DNA from: Octopus bimaculoides
Lineage: Eukaryota
NCBI RefSeq assembly: GCF_001194135.2
Contig: NC_068982.1
Location: forward strand, 70,824,340-70,860,270
Reading direction: 5' to 3'
DNA: 35,931 nt
Positions 19,812-31,464 of this stretch are shown here, in pieces. The translations under genes and the position numbers were made by a program. Each line of letters opens with the position of its first letter. Position 1 is the first letter of the stretch. Below the pieces are notes generated by a model that searched no databases, was not told the DNA's origin, and saw only the letters and a program-made list of their open reading frames with translations.

Positions 19812-20228
19812 TTTTTTAACTTGTTCCAGTCAATGGACTGTGGTCATGCTGGGGCACTGCCTTGAATATTTAGCTGAATGAATCAACTCCAGTACTTATG
19901 TCTTTAAGCCTGGCACTTATTCTATCGGTCTCTTTTGCCAGACTGCTAAGTTATGAGGACACAAACACACTAACACTGATTGTCAAGTGATGGTGGTGAT
20001 GGTGAAGCAAACACAGACACAAAGCGACACATACATACATACATACATACATATATACACACACACATACACATGATGGGCTTCTTTTAGTTTCCATGTA
20101 CCAAATCCACTCAAGGCTTTGGTCAGCCTGAGGCTATAGTAGAAAACACCTGCTGAAGGTGCCACGCAGTGGGACTGAACCCAGAACTATGTGGTTGGAA
20201 AGCAAGCTTCTTACCACACAGCCACCTA
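19812..20228 (-). mobile_element. SINE family A, full length
   Basis: Reverse complement of the 11652-12072 consensus. Confidence 0.88.
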
Positions 20229-20845
20229 TTAGATACTATAAGATACTGCACCTATTAGATACTCTAAGCTATTTAGTCTGGTATTTTATCAGTCAAATGT
20301 TTATTAGATGCAGTATATTTTTTACAAAGGAATATATTTATTTGTTTTCCACTGAGAAATTAAACTTTTTTCTTTCTACCTGTTTGCTCAAACTCTTGAT
20401 CATCGCACTCACAGTCAAGTGAATAATTTGTGGGAGGAGGAACTAGCAGGATTTTCTGGCAAATTTATTTGGAATAGATTGATGTCCTACTCAGGGGAGG
20501 GTCTATCTGCATCAGCTTCACTCAATTCAATACTGCTGCTGCTTCTTCTTCTTCTTCTTCTTCTCATTATCATCCTTATTCCCATCAGCACCACCACTGT
20601 CATCATCATTATTATTATTATTACTATTATTATTATTATTGCTGCTGCATATACAATGAAAAGTTAAGCACCAGCTGTATGGATATTTATAATAGGATTA
20701 ACTTTTAACATAAGGGAAATATCCCTAAATTTACTTTTGATTTTTTTTTTTTTTTTACTTTCTCAATCTTCGGTAGAAGCCATTCTCAGAATATTACAAA
20801 CATGAAAATGTGTTTTGCTGTTTATTTTATGCTATCTTTTTAAAC

Positions 20846-21011
20846 AAGCCGCAGAAACAGTGGTGTGGTTAAGAATTTCACTTCACAACCACATGGTTCT
20901 AAGTTCGATCCCATGCCTATGGCACCTTAATCAAGTGTCTTCTACTATATTTCTACAATGATCCAATACCTTGAGAGTGAAATTTGGTAAGCAGAAATTG
21001 TGTGAATGCTC
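20846..21011 (+). mobile_element. SINE family A, 5' half
   Basis: gtggtgtggttaagaatttcacttcacaaccacatggttctaagttcgatccc. Confidence 0.7.
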
Positions 21012-21439
21012 ATTGTGTATCATCATCACTTAGCATCCATGTCTCTTGCTGGTATGAGTTATATATATATATATATATATATNNNNNNNNNNNNNNNNNN
21101 NNNNNNNNNNNNNNNNNNNNNNNNNNNNNNNNNNNNNNNNNNNNNNNNNNNNNNNNNNNNNNNNNNNNNNNNNNNNNNNNNNNNNNNNNNNNNNNNNNNN
21201 NNNNNNNNNNNNNNNNNNNNNNNNNNNNNNNNNNNNNNNNNNNNNNNNNNNNNNNNNNNNNNNNNNNNNNNNNNNNNNNNNNNNNNNNNNNNNNNNNNNN
21301 NNNNNNNNNNNNNNNNNNNNNNNNNNNNNNNNNNNNNNNNNNNNNNNNNNNNNNNNNNNNNNNNNNNNNNNNNNNNNNNNNNNNNNNNNNNNNNNNNNNN
21401 NNNNNNNNNNNNNNNNNNNNNNNNNNNNNNNNNNNNNNA

Positions 21440-21600
21440 TTCTTTTATTTGTTTCTGTCATTTGTCTGTGGCCATGCTGGAGCACCGCCTTGAAAGACTT
21501 TTCAAGTCAAACAAGTTGACTGTAGGACTTCTTTTTTTATTTAAGCCCAGTACTTATTCTTTAAGTCTCTTTTGCTGAACCACTAAGTTACAGGGACATA
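21440..21600 (-). mobile_element. SINE family A, 3' half (runs from an N gap)
   Basis: tcttttatttgtttctgtcatttgtctgtggccatgctggagcaccgcc...ctaagttacagggac. Confidence 0.8.
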
Positions 21601-21605
21601 ACCAT

Positions 21606-21637
<32 letters not shown>

Positions 21638-21856
21638 ACACACACACACACATATATATGCAGAGTGGCCCAAAAGTAGGTTTACAGTTATTCAACTTTC
21701 TCTTTCACATTCGTATATCAACAGTTTAGATCTTAATTATAAAAAATATATGAAACCATTATTCTATGCTAATTTAGTTAATTGCAAGATAGAAATTTAA
21801 ATGTAATAAAATGTTTTAAAAGAAATTTAAAAGTGTCTACATGATAACTGTAAACC

Positions 21857-22142
21857 ACATCATCATCATCGTTTAACATCCGTTTTCCATGTTGGCATGG
21901 GTTGGACAGTTTGACCGGGGACTGGCAAGCCAAAAGGCCGCACCAGGCTCCAATCTGATCTGGCAATGTTTCTACAGCTGGATGCCCTTCCTAACACCAA
22001 CCACTCCACATTTGGATGGTGCTTTTTACATGCCACCGCCACAGGAGCCAGTTGAAGCGGTGGGCTGGCATTGACCATGTTTGGATGGTGCCTTTTACGT
22101 GCCACCGGCACAGGGAGCCAGACAGGCAGCTCTGGCAGTGAC
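21857..22142 (-). mobile_element. RTE-tail family D copy
   Basis: catcatcatcgtttaacatccgttttccatgttggcatgggttggacagtttgacc...ttctacagctggatgcccttcctaacaccaacc. Confidence 0.85.
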
Positions 22143-22159
22143 CCACACATGAACATCTA

Positions 22160-22770
22160 TGTGTGTGTGTGTGTATATGTCTGTGTTTGTCCCCACTATC
22201 ACTGCTTGACAACTGGTGTGGGTGTGTTTACATCACTGTAACTTAGCAGTTTGGCAAAGAGACTGATAGAATAAATATTAGGCATAAAAACAAGTCCTGG
22301 ACTCAAATTGTTTGACAAACACACTTCAAGGTAGTGTTCCAGCATGGCCACAGTCAAATGACTGAAGCAAGTAAAAGAATAAAGAATATAGGTGAAGGAA
22401 TGGCTGAGTGGTTAAGAAATTAGTTATGCAACCATGTGGTTTTCACTTCATCCCAAAGCACCTTGGGTAAATGTCTTCTATTATAACCTTAGGTGACCAA
22501 TGCCATGTGAGTGAATTTGGTGATGGAAATTGTGTGGAAGCCTGTCATATATGTCTCTTTTTGATTCAACCCCTCCCATCACTACTACCACTTGACAACT
22601 GGTGTTGGTTTGTTTATGTCCCTGTAACTTACCAGTTTGGCAAAGAACTAACTGAATAAGCACCAGGATTAAAAATAAGTACTGGGATCAAATTGTTTGA
22701 CTAAAATCCTTTAAACAGTGCTCCAGCATTGCTGCAGTCCAATGTTTGAAACAAGTAAAAGATAAAAGAT
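22160..22770 (+). mobile_element. SINE family A: 3' half (~22160-22385) followed by a full copy (~22389-22770)
   Basis: Repeated cttgacaactggtg...gtaactta and ccagcat-g-cagtc-aatg tails. Confidence 0.8.
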
Positions 22771-23219
22771 AAAGGATGATGATATGCATGTTTTATATTG
22801 GAGCAGACACTATGCAAGTAGAGGTTTTAAGTAGTATCAGACATTTTCATAATAGTGAACCAGTATGTTTTCCAACAATGCAAAGGAGAAAAAAAAAAAA
22901 AAGAGCGACCAGCAAACAAATATAATTTGAAATTAATATATTTTGTAAAAAAAAAGTAAACTTTTTTCATTTAGAAGCAGAAATTTTGTAGAAAAGTATT
23001 GATTGTGGCTAACTAAAAATATCCTCTCAGATTCACCATTCTTGGTAAATGTTTTGACACCAAACATTAGGGGTGCACTGATCCAAACCATAATGGTAAT
23101 TGAGTAATAAAAATGGTTAAATATCAGCTACATGGAGATACCATTACCACCTGCCTAACTTCACTAGCGGTACACCAATGGCCATATAAAATCTGTTTTT
23201 TTTTTTTTTCTGCTGCCTC

Positions 23220-23600
23220 TATCATCATCATCATCATTTAACATCCACTTTCCATACTGGCATAGGTTAGACGGTTTGACTGGAACTGGTAAGTTGGAGA
23301 GCTGCACCAGGTTCCAGTCTGATTTGGCATGGTTTCTATGGCTGGATGCCCTTCCTAATGCCAACCACTCTGAGAGTGTAATGGGTGCTTTTTACATGCC
23401 GCTGGCACAGGTGTCATTTACATCGCATTGGCAATGGCCACAACTTGGCTTAAGTTTTCTCAAGCGCAGCATATCACCGAAGGTCTCGGTCACTTGTTAT
23501 CACCTCATGAGGCTCAACATTCAAAGATCATGTTTCACCACCTTGTCCCTCACCTTAGTGAGGCCCAACATTCAAAGATCATTTCGAGGATCATGCTACT
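23220..23600 (-). mobile_element. RTE-tail family D copy with an internal 47-bp duplication
   Basis: (ATC)n then tttaacatccactttccatactggcatagg; tgaggctcaacattcaaagatcat repeated as tgaggcccaacattcaaagatcat. Confidence 0.8.
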
Positions 23601-23608
23601 GGCAGAAA

Positions 23609-23842
23609 TTTAACCCGTTTCCTATTAACATGGTTGACTGCCCCTGGTCCTATGATATAAACTTCCTGTTTAAAAGTGACCTAAATTCAAACTTACCATT
23701 AAAATTTCGCATTAATCTATTTCCCAGACACCAGCTTTATAATGGTAAAGTTATTTTACTACATTCTTCGTTATTTCTAAAATTAATTGAAACAAAAGAC
23801 AGTGTATCTCAACAGAAACATGGTAAGAAAAAAAGTGAATAA
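23609..23842. mobile_element. TTAA-type MITE, near full length
   Basis: ttaacccgtttcc...cctggtcctatgatataaacttcctgtttaaaagtgacctaaatt...caacagaaacatggtaagaaaaaaag; homologous to 3274. Confidence 0.65.
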
Positions 23843-23865
23843 CATAATGTTTTGTGATTTTACAG

Positions 23866-24026
23866 GCTCAGGGTAAAACTCCAGAATGGTTGACAGATGA
23901 ACTGTTAGTAAGCTCTGACAGTTGCAGTTCATTCCTAAGTTCAGATCTGAATGGAACTAATATTGGAGCTGAGAACAAGAATGAATTAGATTACAATTCT
24001 CCATCAGTCTGTGACTATCAAGACAG
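23866..24026 (+). CDS. CEP112: CEP112-like coding exon 5 (AQGKTPEWLTDELLVSS...SPSVCDYQD(R), phase 0 to 2)
   Basis: Acceptor ttttgtgattttacag, donor GTTTGT at 24027, 161 nt open frame. TPEWLTDEL resembles CEP112 LPAWVLGEL. Confidence 0.78.
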
Positions 24027-24264
24027 GTTTGTAAACTTAATGTTTGAATTGGGGGTGTTATATTTTTCCATTGTCATTATTATCATCATAAACTTTTTAA
24101 TATTTTACTTGCTGTTTGTAAAATGTAGAGAAAACTGATTTATTAACCAACAATGTTGATGATTAAGATGCTGGACTCAACTCCTTATAAGAAGCATTAA
24201 GTACTGCAGTGTTTGTGGGTGGTGTGTGCATAGTATCATAGAGCGAAGTCAAACACATGTGGAA

Positions 24265-24597
24265 CAGTGGTTCTCAACTGAGGTCCCTATGGCCCCTGAG
24301 GGTCCACATTAGATTTTTGGGGTCCATACTACAAAATGGTAAATTGGGAATCCACAATGATATTTTAAGGGCCACTGAAAAAACATTTGCTTTAGACATA
24401 TGTATTGGTATGTATTGCAAGAAACAGATTTCTTTCACTGACATTTTACATAGCTCAACCTACACAAATTAATGTGTGAAAACAATAAATAACATTCTAT
24501 GAAACTAGTTTTTAAACATCGAATGACTACGGGGGTCCATCAGAATAAAATAGCAATCAAAGGGGGTCCATAGATAAAAAATGGTTGAAAACTCCTA
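24265..24597. mobile_element. hAT (Charlie-like) MITE, copy 2, with 8-bp TSD
   Basis: TSD ATGTGGAA (24257-24264) / ATGTAGAA (24598-24605); ends cagtggttctcaac and ggttgaaaactccta. Confidence 0.8.
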
Positions 24598-25844
24598 ATG
24601 TAGAATATGTCATATATATGTATGTGTGTGTGTGTGGATGGATGGATATGCATGTGTGTGTTTGTCTGATTGCAAAAGGTGTTAGGTGTGTAAACAAGCT
24701 TGAGTGAATGAGTGTAAGACATGATGTTTGTGGATGGTGTGTGCAATGTGTCATAGTATTGGTCATGGGCATTGGGTGGATAGGTGGTGAAGTGTNNNNN
24801 NNNNNGGATATGCATGTGTGTGTTTGTCTGATTGCAAAAGGTGTTAGGTGTGTAAACAAGCTTGAGTGAATGAGTGTAAGACATGATGTTTGTGGATGGT
24901 GTGTGCAATGTGTCATAGTATTGGTCATGGGCATTGGGTGGATAGGTGGTGAAGTGTGCATGAATTTATTGGAAGACAACGTACAAAGTAATGAAAGCTG
25001 TGGAGGAAAGAAAGATAAGCTGCTGTTTCGGACAATCATCCTTCATCAAAACAACCAGAAGGAAGAAGATAGGGGAAAAAATATTGGCTCTCGATTTGAA
25101 TGGTAGATAGGAAGTAGTGGAGGAAAGAAGTTGAATTTTGAGAGAATAGGGATAAAGGATATGTGATTAGCATAAAATGAAGTATGTGTGAAGTAGGATT
25201 ATTGTGTGTGAGAATGTAGCAAGACGAAAATGAAGTGTGATGTATGTTTACTACATATGTGGAGCGAATAGGAAGTTTAGTGTGTGAGAGAGAGCAAAGC
25301 TATATGCAAATGCGTGTGATGAATAGGATGAAGTGTTAGAAGGTGGAGTGAGCGTAGCATCATAGAGTGTCGGAAGATGAGTGGTACGTGAAGTGAGAAA
25401 TGTAGGAAGTATGTTTATATATGTGTGTGTGTGTGTGTGTTAATGTGAGAGGAAAAGGAGTTAAGTGTGTAAGCAAGCTTGAGTGTGGGCATCTATATAC
25501 GCATGTGTGTGTGTGTGCTAAGTGTCATAGTGTTGGTTGAAGGTATTAGAGGAAAAGGGGTTGCTGAAGTGTGTGCAAGTTTGTTGGTAGGGAAGCCAGG
25601 TGGTTTGGGCTGTGTGTATGCATGTGATAGATACCTTATCGTTTCAAGGTTTTTAATAAGCATTTTTGAAATGATATTGGGATGTTTTAAGCCATCTATT
25701 AGAGCATTTCCAAGAACATTCTGGAAAGGGTTGCTAAACAGCCGGTAATATTGGACAGTTATTAGATAGATGTAAAACTTTTATTATACAGAGTGCAGTT
25801 GAACTATGCTCTTGTTTTGACCTTTAATATACAACACACCTTTC

Positions 25845-26045
25845 ATGTCATCATTTAACATTCACTTTCCCCATTCTTGCATGAGTTGGACAGAGTTTAT
25901 TGAGGCAGATTTTCTATGGCTAGACGCCTTTCCTGCCATCAACCCCCACTTGTTTCCAAACAAGGTAATATTCCCACCATGGCCAGACATGTTTTTACAG
26001 GACATTGAAAATTAATGATGCTGCTTGTATGACAGTGACACTCAC
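25845..26045 (-). mobile_element. RTE-tail repeat variant
   Basis: catcatttaacattcactttcccattcttgcatgagttggacag...cacttgtttccaaacaaggtaatattccc. Confidence 0.7.
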
Positions 26046-26082
26046 CTACAAGTAACATGTTACACACACACACACACACACA

Positions 26083-26122
<40 letters not shown>

Positions 26123-26376
26123 NNNNNNNNNNNNNNNNNNNNNNNNNNNNNNNNNNNNNNNNNNNNNNNNNNNNNNNNNNNNNNNNNNNNNNNNNNNNNN
26201 NNNNNNNNNNNNNNNNNNNNNNNNNNNNNNNNNNNNNNNNNNNNNNATGACAGGTTTCTTTTAGTTTCTGTCTATCAAATCCTTTCACAAGGCTTTGGTC
26301 AGTCTGGGATTATAGTAGAAGACACTTGCACTAGGTATTATACAGTGTATTTAATGTAATGCTGATAAAGGTAGTG

Positions 26377-26672
26377 CAGGCATATGGCTTAGTGGTTAGA
26401 GTGTTGGACTCATGATCGTAAGATTGTGGTTTTGATCCCTGGACTGGGTGATCTGCTGTGTTCTTGAGCAAAACATTTCATTTCACATTGCTCCAGTCCA
26501 TTCAGCTGTAGAAATGGGTACCACTAGTGGAGGTATGTTGCTTAGTGGCTAAGGTGTTGGATCCATGATCATAAGATTGTGGTTTCGATTTCTGGACCAG
26601 GTGATCTGTTGTGTTCTTGAGCAAAGCATTTTATTTCATGTTCATCCAGTCCACTCAGCTGTAAGAATGAGT
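26377..26672 (+). mobile_element. Two tandem SINE family C heads (~26377-26522 and ~26530-26672)
   Basis: ggcatatggcttagtggttagagtgttggactcatgatc...gttcttgagcaaa-catt-catttca...cagtcca-tcagctgta occurs twice. Confidence 0.85.
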
Positions 26673-27061
26673 TTAGCCTGAAGAGAGATGGGCTCCATCT
26701 GGCTTTCTAGCCCTAGATACACTGCATGGCTGCAGTGCCCCAATAATCCCCAAGGGGTTAAGGGACTTGTCAATGATAAAAGTTAGAAATGTTTCTGAAT
26801 ATTTATTACTCTCAAGAATGGAATCATTCATCTTTTCTTGAAAATATTTAGTGTTGAGTGTGGCTGAAGTAAAAGTATTATTTGTGTTAAGTGATGTTTT
26901 TATAAAGGAGAGCAAAGCTTAAGGTTCAACCCTGATCAAGCTTTGTTACTGAATCAAGAATTTTTCTAATGAATGGAAAGTTGATTTTACTTTGAAAAGT
27001 ATCTCATGGCTTTGTCTTTGTACTGTATAACAGAAATTATTTTAAAACTTAAAAAATATTC

Positions 27062-27285
27062 AACATCATCGTTGTGATCATTTCATTTAATGTTCATTTT
27101 CCATGCTAGCACGGGTTGGATGGTTAAACAGAATCCACTGAGCTGCAGAGCTTGCACCAAGCTCCAGTGTCAGATTTGACATAGTTTCTCTAGCTGGATG
27201 CCCTTTCTAACATCAACCACTTTACACTGTGTTACTGGGTGCTTCTCTTATACCACTGGGTCCAGTGAGGCTGGCAAGCAAGACA
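27062..27285 (-). mobile_element. RTE-tail family D copy
   Basis: tttaatgttcattttccatgctagcacgggttggatgg...ctagctggatgccctttctaacatcaaccac. Confidence 0.75.
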
Positions 27286-27548
27286 GAAAAGAACAGGGAA
27301 AAAGGTAAAAAAAAATTGGTTGAAGATATTCCTTAAGGTATCTCTTCCGGCTGCTTAGTTGATATCTAGTAAATAGTTTGTTAGTTGGTTGAAATAGAGG
27401 TTGCTGAAGATTGCACTTGTTTTATCATAATGCAATGATTCAGAGATGCAATGATAGATTGTAGAGCCAACAAAATTAATCAATATAGAGAACTAATTAC
27501 AGTTTCATAGAGAAAAATAGCAATAACATTTTTTTAAAGCATTCAGAC

Positions 27549-27720
27549 AGGTGCAGGCATGACTATATGATTAAAAAGTTGTTTCCAAATCACATGGTCT
27601 TGGGTTCAGTCTCTCTGCGTGGCACATTGGGTGAGTGTCTCCTATTTTTACCCCTGGACCAACTAAAGATTTGTGAGTGGATTTTGGTTGCAGAAACTGA
27701 AAGAAACCCAACATTATGTA
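27549..27720 (+). mobile_element. SINE family A, 5' half
   Basis: aggtgcaggcatgactatatgattaaaaagttgtttccaaatcacatggtcttgggttcagtc. Confidence 0.75.
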
Positions 27721-27918
27721 TCATAATCAAAATCAATACTCATAATTTAGTATCCGTATTCTATGTTGGTACAGATTGGATGGTTTGACAGGATCCAACA
27801 GATCAGGGGACTGTGTTGAGCTCCAGTGCCAGCTTTGGCACATGGTCTCTGTGGCTGGTTATCCTTCCTAATGCCAACCACCTTACAGAGGATTATATAT
27901 ACGTACGTACATACATAC

Positions 27919-27971
<53 letters not shown>

Positions 27972-28215
27972 CATATATATATGACAGGCCGAAGGATCTG
28001 GTTTCATTTGGGTTATAGACTCGTAGCCTTAACACAGTACTCTTTGCTTGTAGTTTAATCTGACACCTTTCTTCTCGGTATTGTTAGGTAAATNNNNNNN
28101 NNNNNNNNNNNNNNNNNNNNNNNNNNNNNNNNNNNNNNNNNNNNNNNNNNNNNNNNNNNNNNNNNNNNNNNNNNNNNNNNNNNNNNNNNNNNNNNNNNNN
28201 NNNNNNNNNNNNTAC

Positions 28216-28642
28216 CTCAGTGTGAAATAATTTTTTTCCATGAGTTTTTACGAGTGCATTCAACATATCTGACCTCCAAAACTGCCGCAAGCCATTTTTT
28301 TTTTCGGAAAAGAAGGGGTGACGTCGGAGTTTCCCACCACCGGAGTTTTGTTTTTCTTTGCCAGGTTATTTCGCATACTTTCAACAAATGTGACATCGAA
28401 ATCACACTTAAATGGCTCCTTCCCCCAGAAAAGGAAAGATCTGGCTGCTATTTCTAGCACGCCCTATTACCATGTAACAGCAATTTGCGATAAAGGACCC
28501 ACCAATATTTCGCTGTGAAATAATTTTTTGACCCCTCCCTCCTTCTTTTCTGGAAAAAAGTGGCTTGCGGTGGGTTTGGAGGTCAGATACATTGAAAGCA
28601 CTTGAAAAAAAAACTGTGGAAAAAAAATTATTTCACACTGAG
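28216..28642. repeat. ~100-bp-arm imperfect inverted repeat
   Basis: 28216-28316 versus 28541-28642 (ctcagtgtgaaataatttttttcc...tatctgacctccaaa..ccgcaagcca...gaaaagaagg and its reverse complement). Confidence 0.9.
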
Positions 28643-28677
28643 TTACGAAATATTTACTCCTGGTTATTTACTGATAT

Positions 28678-28922
28678 ACAAATACACCTGTACAGAAGAT
28701 TGTTGACAATGAAAGTAGCTGTAATAATTTTTTTGGTACGAGAAATCGTTACAATATGGTTATTTATTGATACACAAATACACTGGTACAGCATTTTTGT
28801 TTGACCCTTCAGCCTTTTAAACATTTTGTTTATGTGTTGGTGTGCATAAATACACTGCTACAGAAGATTGTATACAATGAAAGTAGCTGTCATAATTTTT
28901 TTGGTACGAGATACCATTACAA
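28678..28922. repeat. ~75-bp direct repeat, 2 copies (~28678 and ~28846)
   Basis: aaatacac..tacagaagattgt..acaatgaaagtagctgt.ataattttttggtacgaga...ttacaa occurs twice. Confidence 0.85.
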
Positions 28923-31464
28923 CAGTAAACGCTAGATAGAATGGTTGAGAGAATGATAGAGTAAGAGATAGAAAGAGAGGAAGTATTTTTCATAAAAAAA
29001 TAAATGAAGGCCCTGTTATGTATCCGAGGTCAAATTATTCATGCATCCCAAATATGAAACCAATTCGCACAGCTGTTTTCATGTGAAAAGCGATACACTC
29101 ACACAGAGGTCTATTTTATATATAAGAAGTGTTGTCATGGTAGTGGTATAAAATGCCCTTTACTATCTCGTATGTAACAAATGCACATCATATACAAAAT
29201 GTGACGTCACCATCATGGTATAAAATGTCTGTTACAATAGAAAGACTGTTTTCGAGAAAATGTTATATTGTTTCAATCCAAATGAAGATAAAAATTACAT
29301 GTTGACACTCACAGGGGGTAATACTATTACCTTGTAAAATTTGATTTGATGGAGCCAATTGAGAATGCATAGGGAACAGACAGAGACAAAGGATTTTGTA
29401 TAGAGAGAGATGTTTGAGTGTGGTGGGGGGATGTTTGTGTCCCTTTGTCTTGACATTGTACCTAACTGAGCCATCCCATCCCATATTTGTTAGTTATAAA
29501 CTCTTTCAAGTGAAGCAGCTCTACTGAAGTTTCAGTTCATCTTTTTACTATGCTTCATTATTTTGTTTAATTATTCATGAAATTAGATTATTTATTGAAA
29601 TTTCATTCTTTAAAATAGAATCTTGGAATCTTTTTCTTCTTGAGAACCACATTTAATTTAACAAACTGTGACAAACTGTGAGAAAGGAACTTTGAGATAA
29701 TAAATATCTGAAATAATTTAGGGCTGAAAATGTAGGATTGTTCCTAACTGCTGTTGGCTTCTCATGGTCTCACTGATGACCATTAAAAGCTGATAATGAA
29801 TAGGACTTTTGCAAACTCTGATTGCTAACAAGCAAGAATCTTGTTGCTAAGAGCTAAAAAAGACAAAAAGAAATTTGAACTCACTACATAAACTTATACT
29901 CTTAGAAAAAAAAAATGCAGCCAGATCCCTTCTGGACAGGACCAGAAGAAGCAGCAGATGTTGATATCAGGTGGCAGCAAGTGGATGGGAGGTAAAAGAT
30001 GTAATGGGAGTAGATTAAAAAAGAAAGGAAAAAACATAGTAGTTAAAAGTGGTGGTGGTGGTGGTAGTGGGAGAAGCCCCTATGATGACAACATCAATGG
30101 TAATGTTTAGAATAAAGAAACCTAATCAATACTATGCTCGTCGCTATTTACTGATATTGCTATTGACGACAGCTTTATTTTGGTTACTCATCCCAACGTA
30201 AGCCTCTTTAAGTTTTGATTCATATAATTTTCCTTTTTATATCGTATTACAAAAGCCAGCGTAAGCCCATAGCTATTAGCCTCTAGGGGTATATAATCTT
30301 CGTTTCGACTCGCAACATCAAATTTGCTTCATCTTTCTAGATCAGAGCTGTCTTTTAAGTAAAAGCTATAACAAAGTAACTAATGCCTCATTAAACTTGG
30401 AGTCAATTTTACTTAAGACTGAATAATACTCTTCTTGTAAGCTTTTACAGGCAGTTTTTGTACTTTATGTCACCATTAGATGGAAGATTCTCCAATCAAA
30501 TTATAGAACTTCAGTGCCAGTCATGTTAATATTCTTGAATGTCTATTGAAGTGAATATTATTGAAAAATATGTAGAATTACCGTGAGGGAAAAATGGGGG
30601 TGGGGAGGGAGCAAGAGATTTTTAAGTGAACTAAACATCAAAGAAAAACCTAGGAAGACACTAATTTCACTGTAACTAAATGTCTCTAATAGCTATATTA
30701 TAGTATTAGTATTATTACTTGTGTAGCTTATTGCTGATTTTATTCATGATAGTTTTAAATTAGTCTAGGACAGTATTATTTACCCATTCAACAGCTTACA
30801 GTCGTGTGTCTGTACAGATGAAATGATGAATTAGCACGACAGAAGCAATAAGCTCAATTATGTAGATGTTTTAGCATCAATAATGTTACTTGCAGTAATG
30901 ATATCTCTCTCTCTCTCTCTCTATCACTCACACACACACACACACACACACACTCAAACACACATATGCACATACAAATAGATATAGAGACAGCCAGAGG
31001 AAATGATATTTATTTTAAACACAGTCCTCTTGACAGTATTACTGTTTATCACATTAGCTACAATAAAAGCAATGTAATGAAAAAAATATTGTTTAGACTT
31101 ATGTTAGTCAATAAAACAAAGTAGTTATGAGATTAAGATGCTAAACGGCTGTCAGTGTGGTTGTAAGTTCAAGTTTGTTGCACACTTGTGTTGTACCCCA
31201 CGGTCTTCTTTGTTCAGTCTGTCAGCCAAGCAAATCGTTACTTCTCTTATTGATTGGTTAATAACATGAAGGTGAAGGCATGTGGCCTAGTGGACAGGAT
31301 AAATAGCCCTACTCTCCCTCTCTCTCTCTTAGAACACTTGGAAGTTCAATAAAATTCATATTACTAATAACTAGATTTCCTGTCATAAATCTTCAGTTTG
31401 TTGTACAACTAAAGTACAAAGGAAATGCTTAGAGATTTTTCTCTGGCTTTTTTTCTTAGAAGGT

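Larger units (their letters stand above)
28213..29127 (-). mobile_element. Non-autonomous Helitron-like element (5' end ~29127; 3' end lost in the gap)
   Basis: Minus strand starts TCTTATATATAAAATAGACCTCTGTGTGAGTG..CGCTTTTCACATGAAAACAGCTGTGCGAATTGGTTTCATATTTGG, the typical TC-TATATA 5' pattern of non-autonomous Helitrons; internal direct and inverted repeats. Confidence 0.55.

Noticed and set aside
24644-24957. Exact 152-bp direct repeat (24644-24795 and 24806-24957) and the repeated minus-strand ORFs it creates
   Set aside because: The copies are separated by a 10-N gap; likely an assembly overlap artefact.
25630-25745. Phase-2-compatible open frame RYLIVSRFLISIF... with a GTAATA donor, considered as the next CEP112 exon
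   Set aside because: There is no polypyrimidine tract and no similarity to CEP112, and it lies in repeat-like sequence.
30341-30358. Possible 18-nt microexon after acceptor catctttctag
   Set aside because: The donor is weak (GTAAAA) and there is no homology support.
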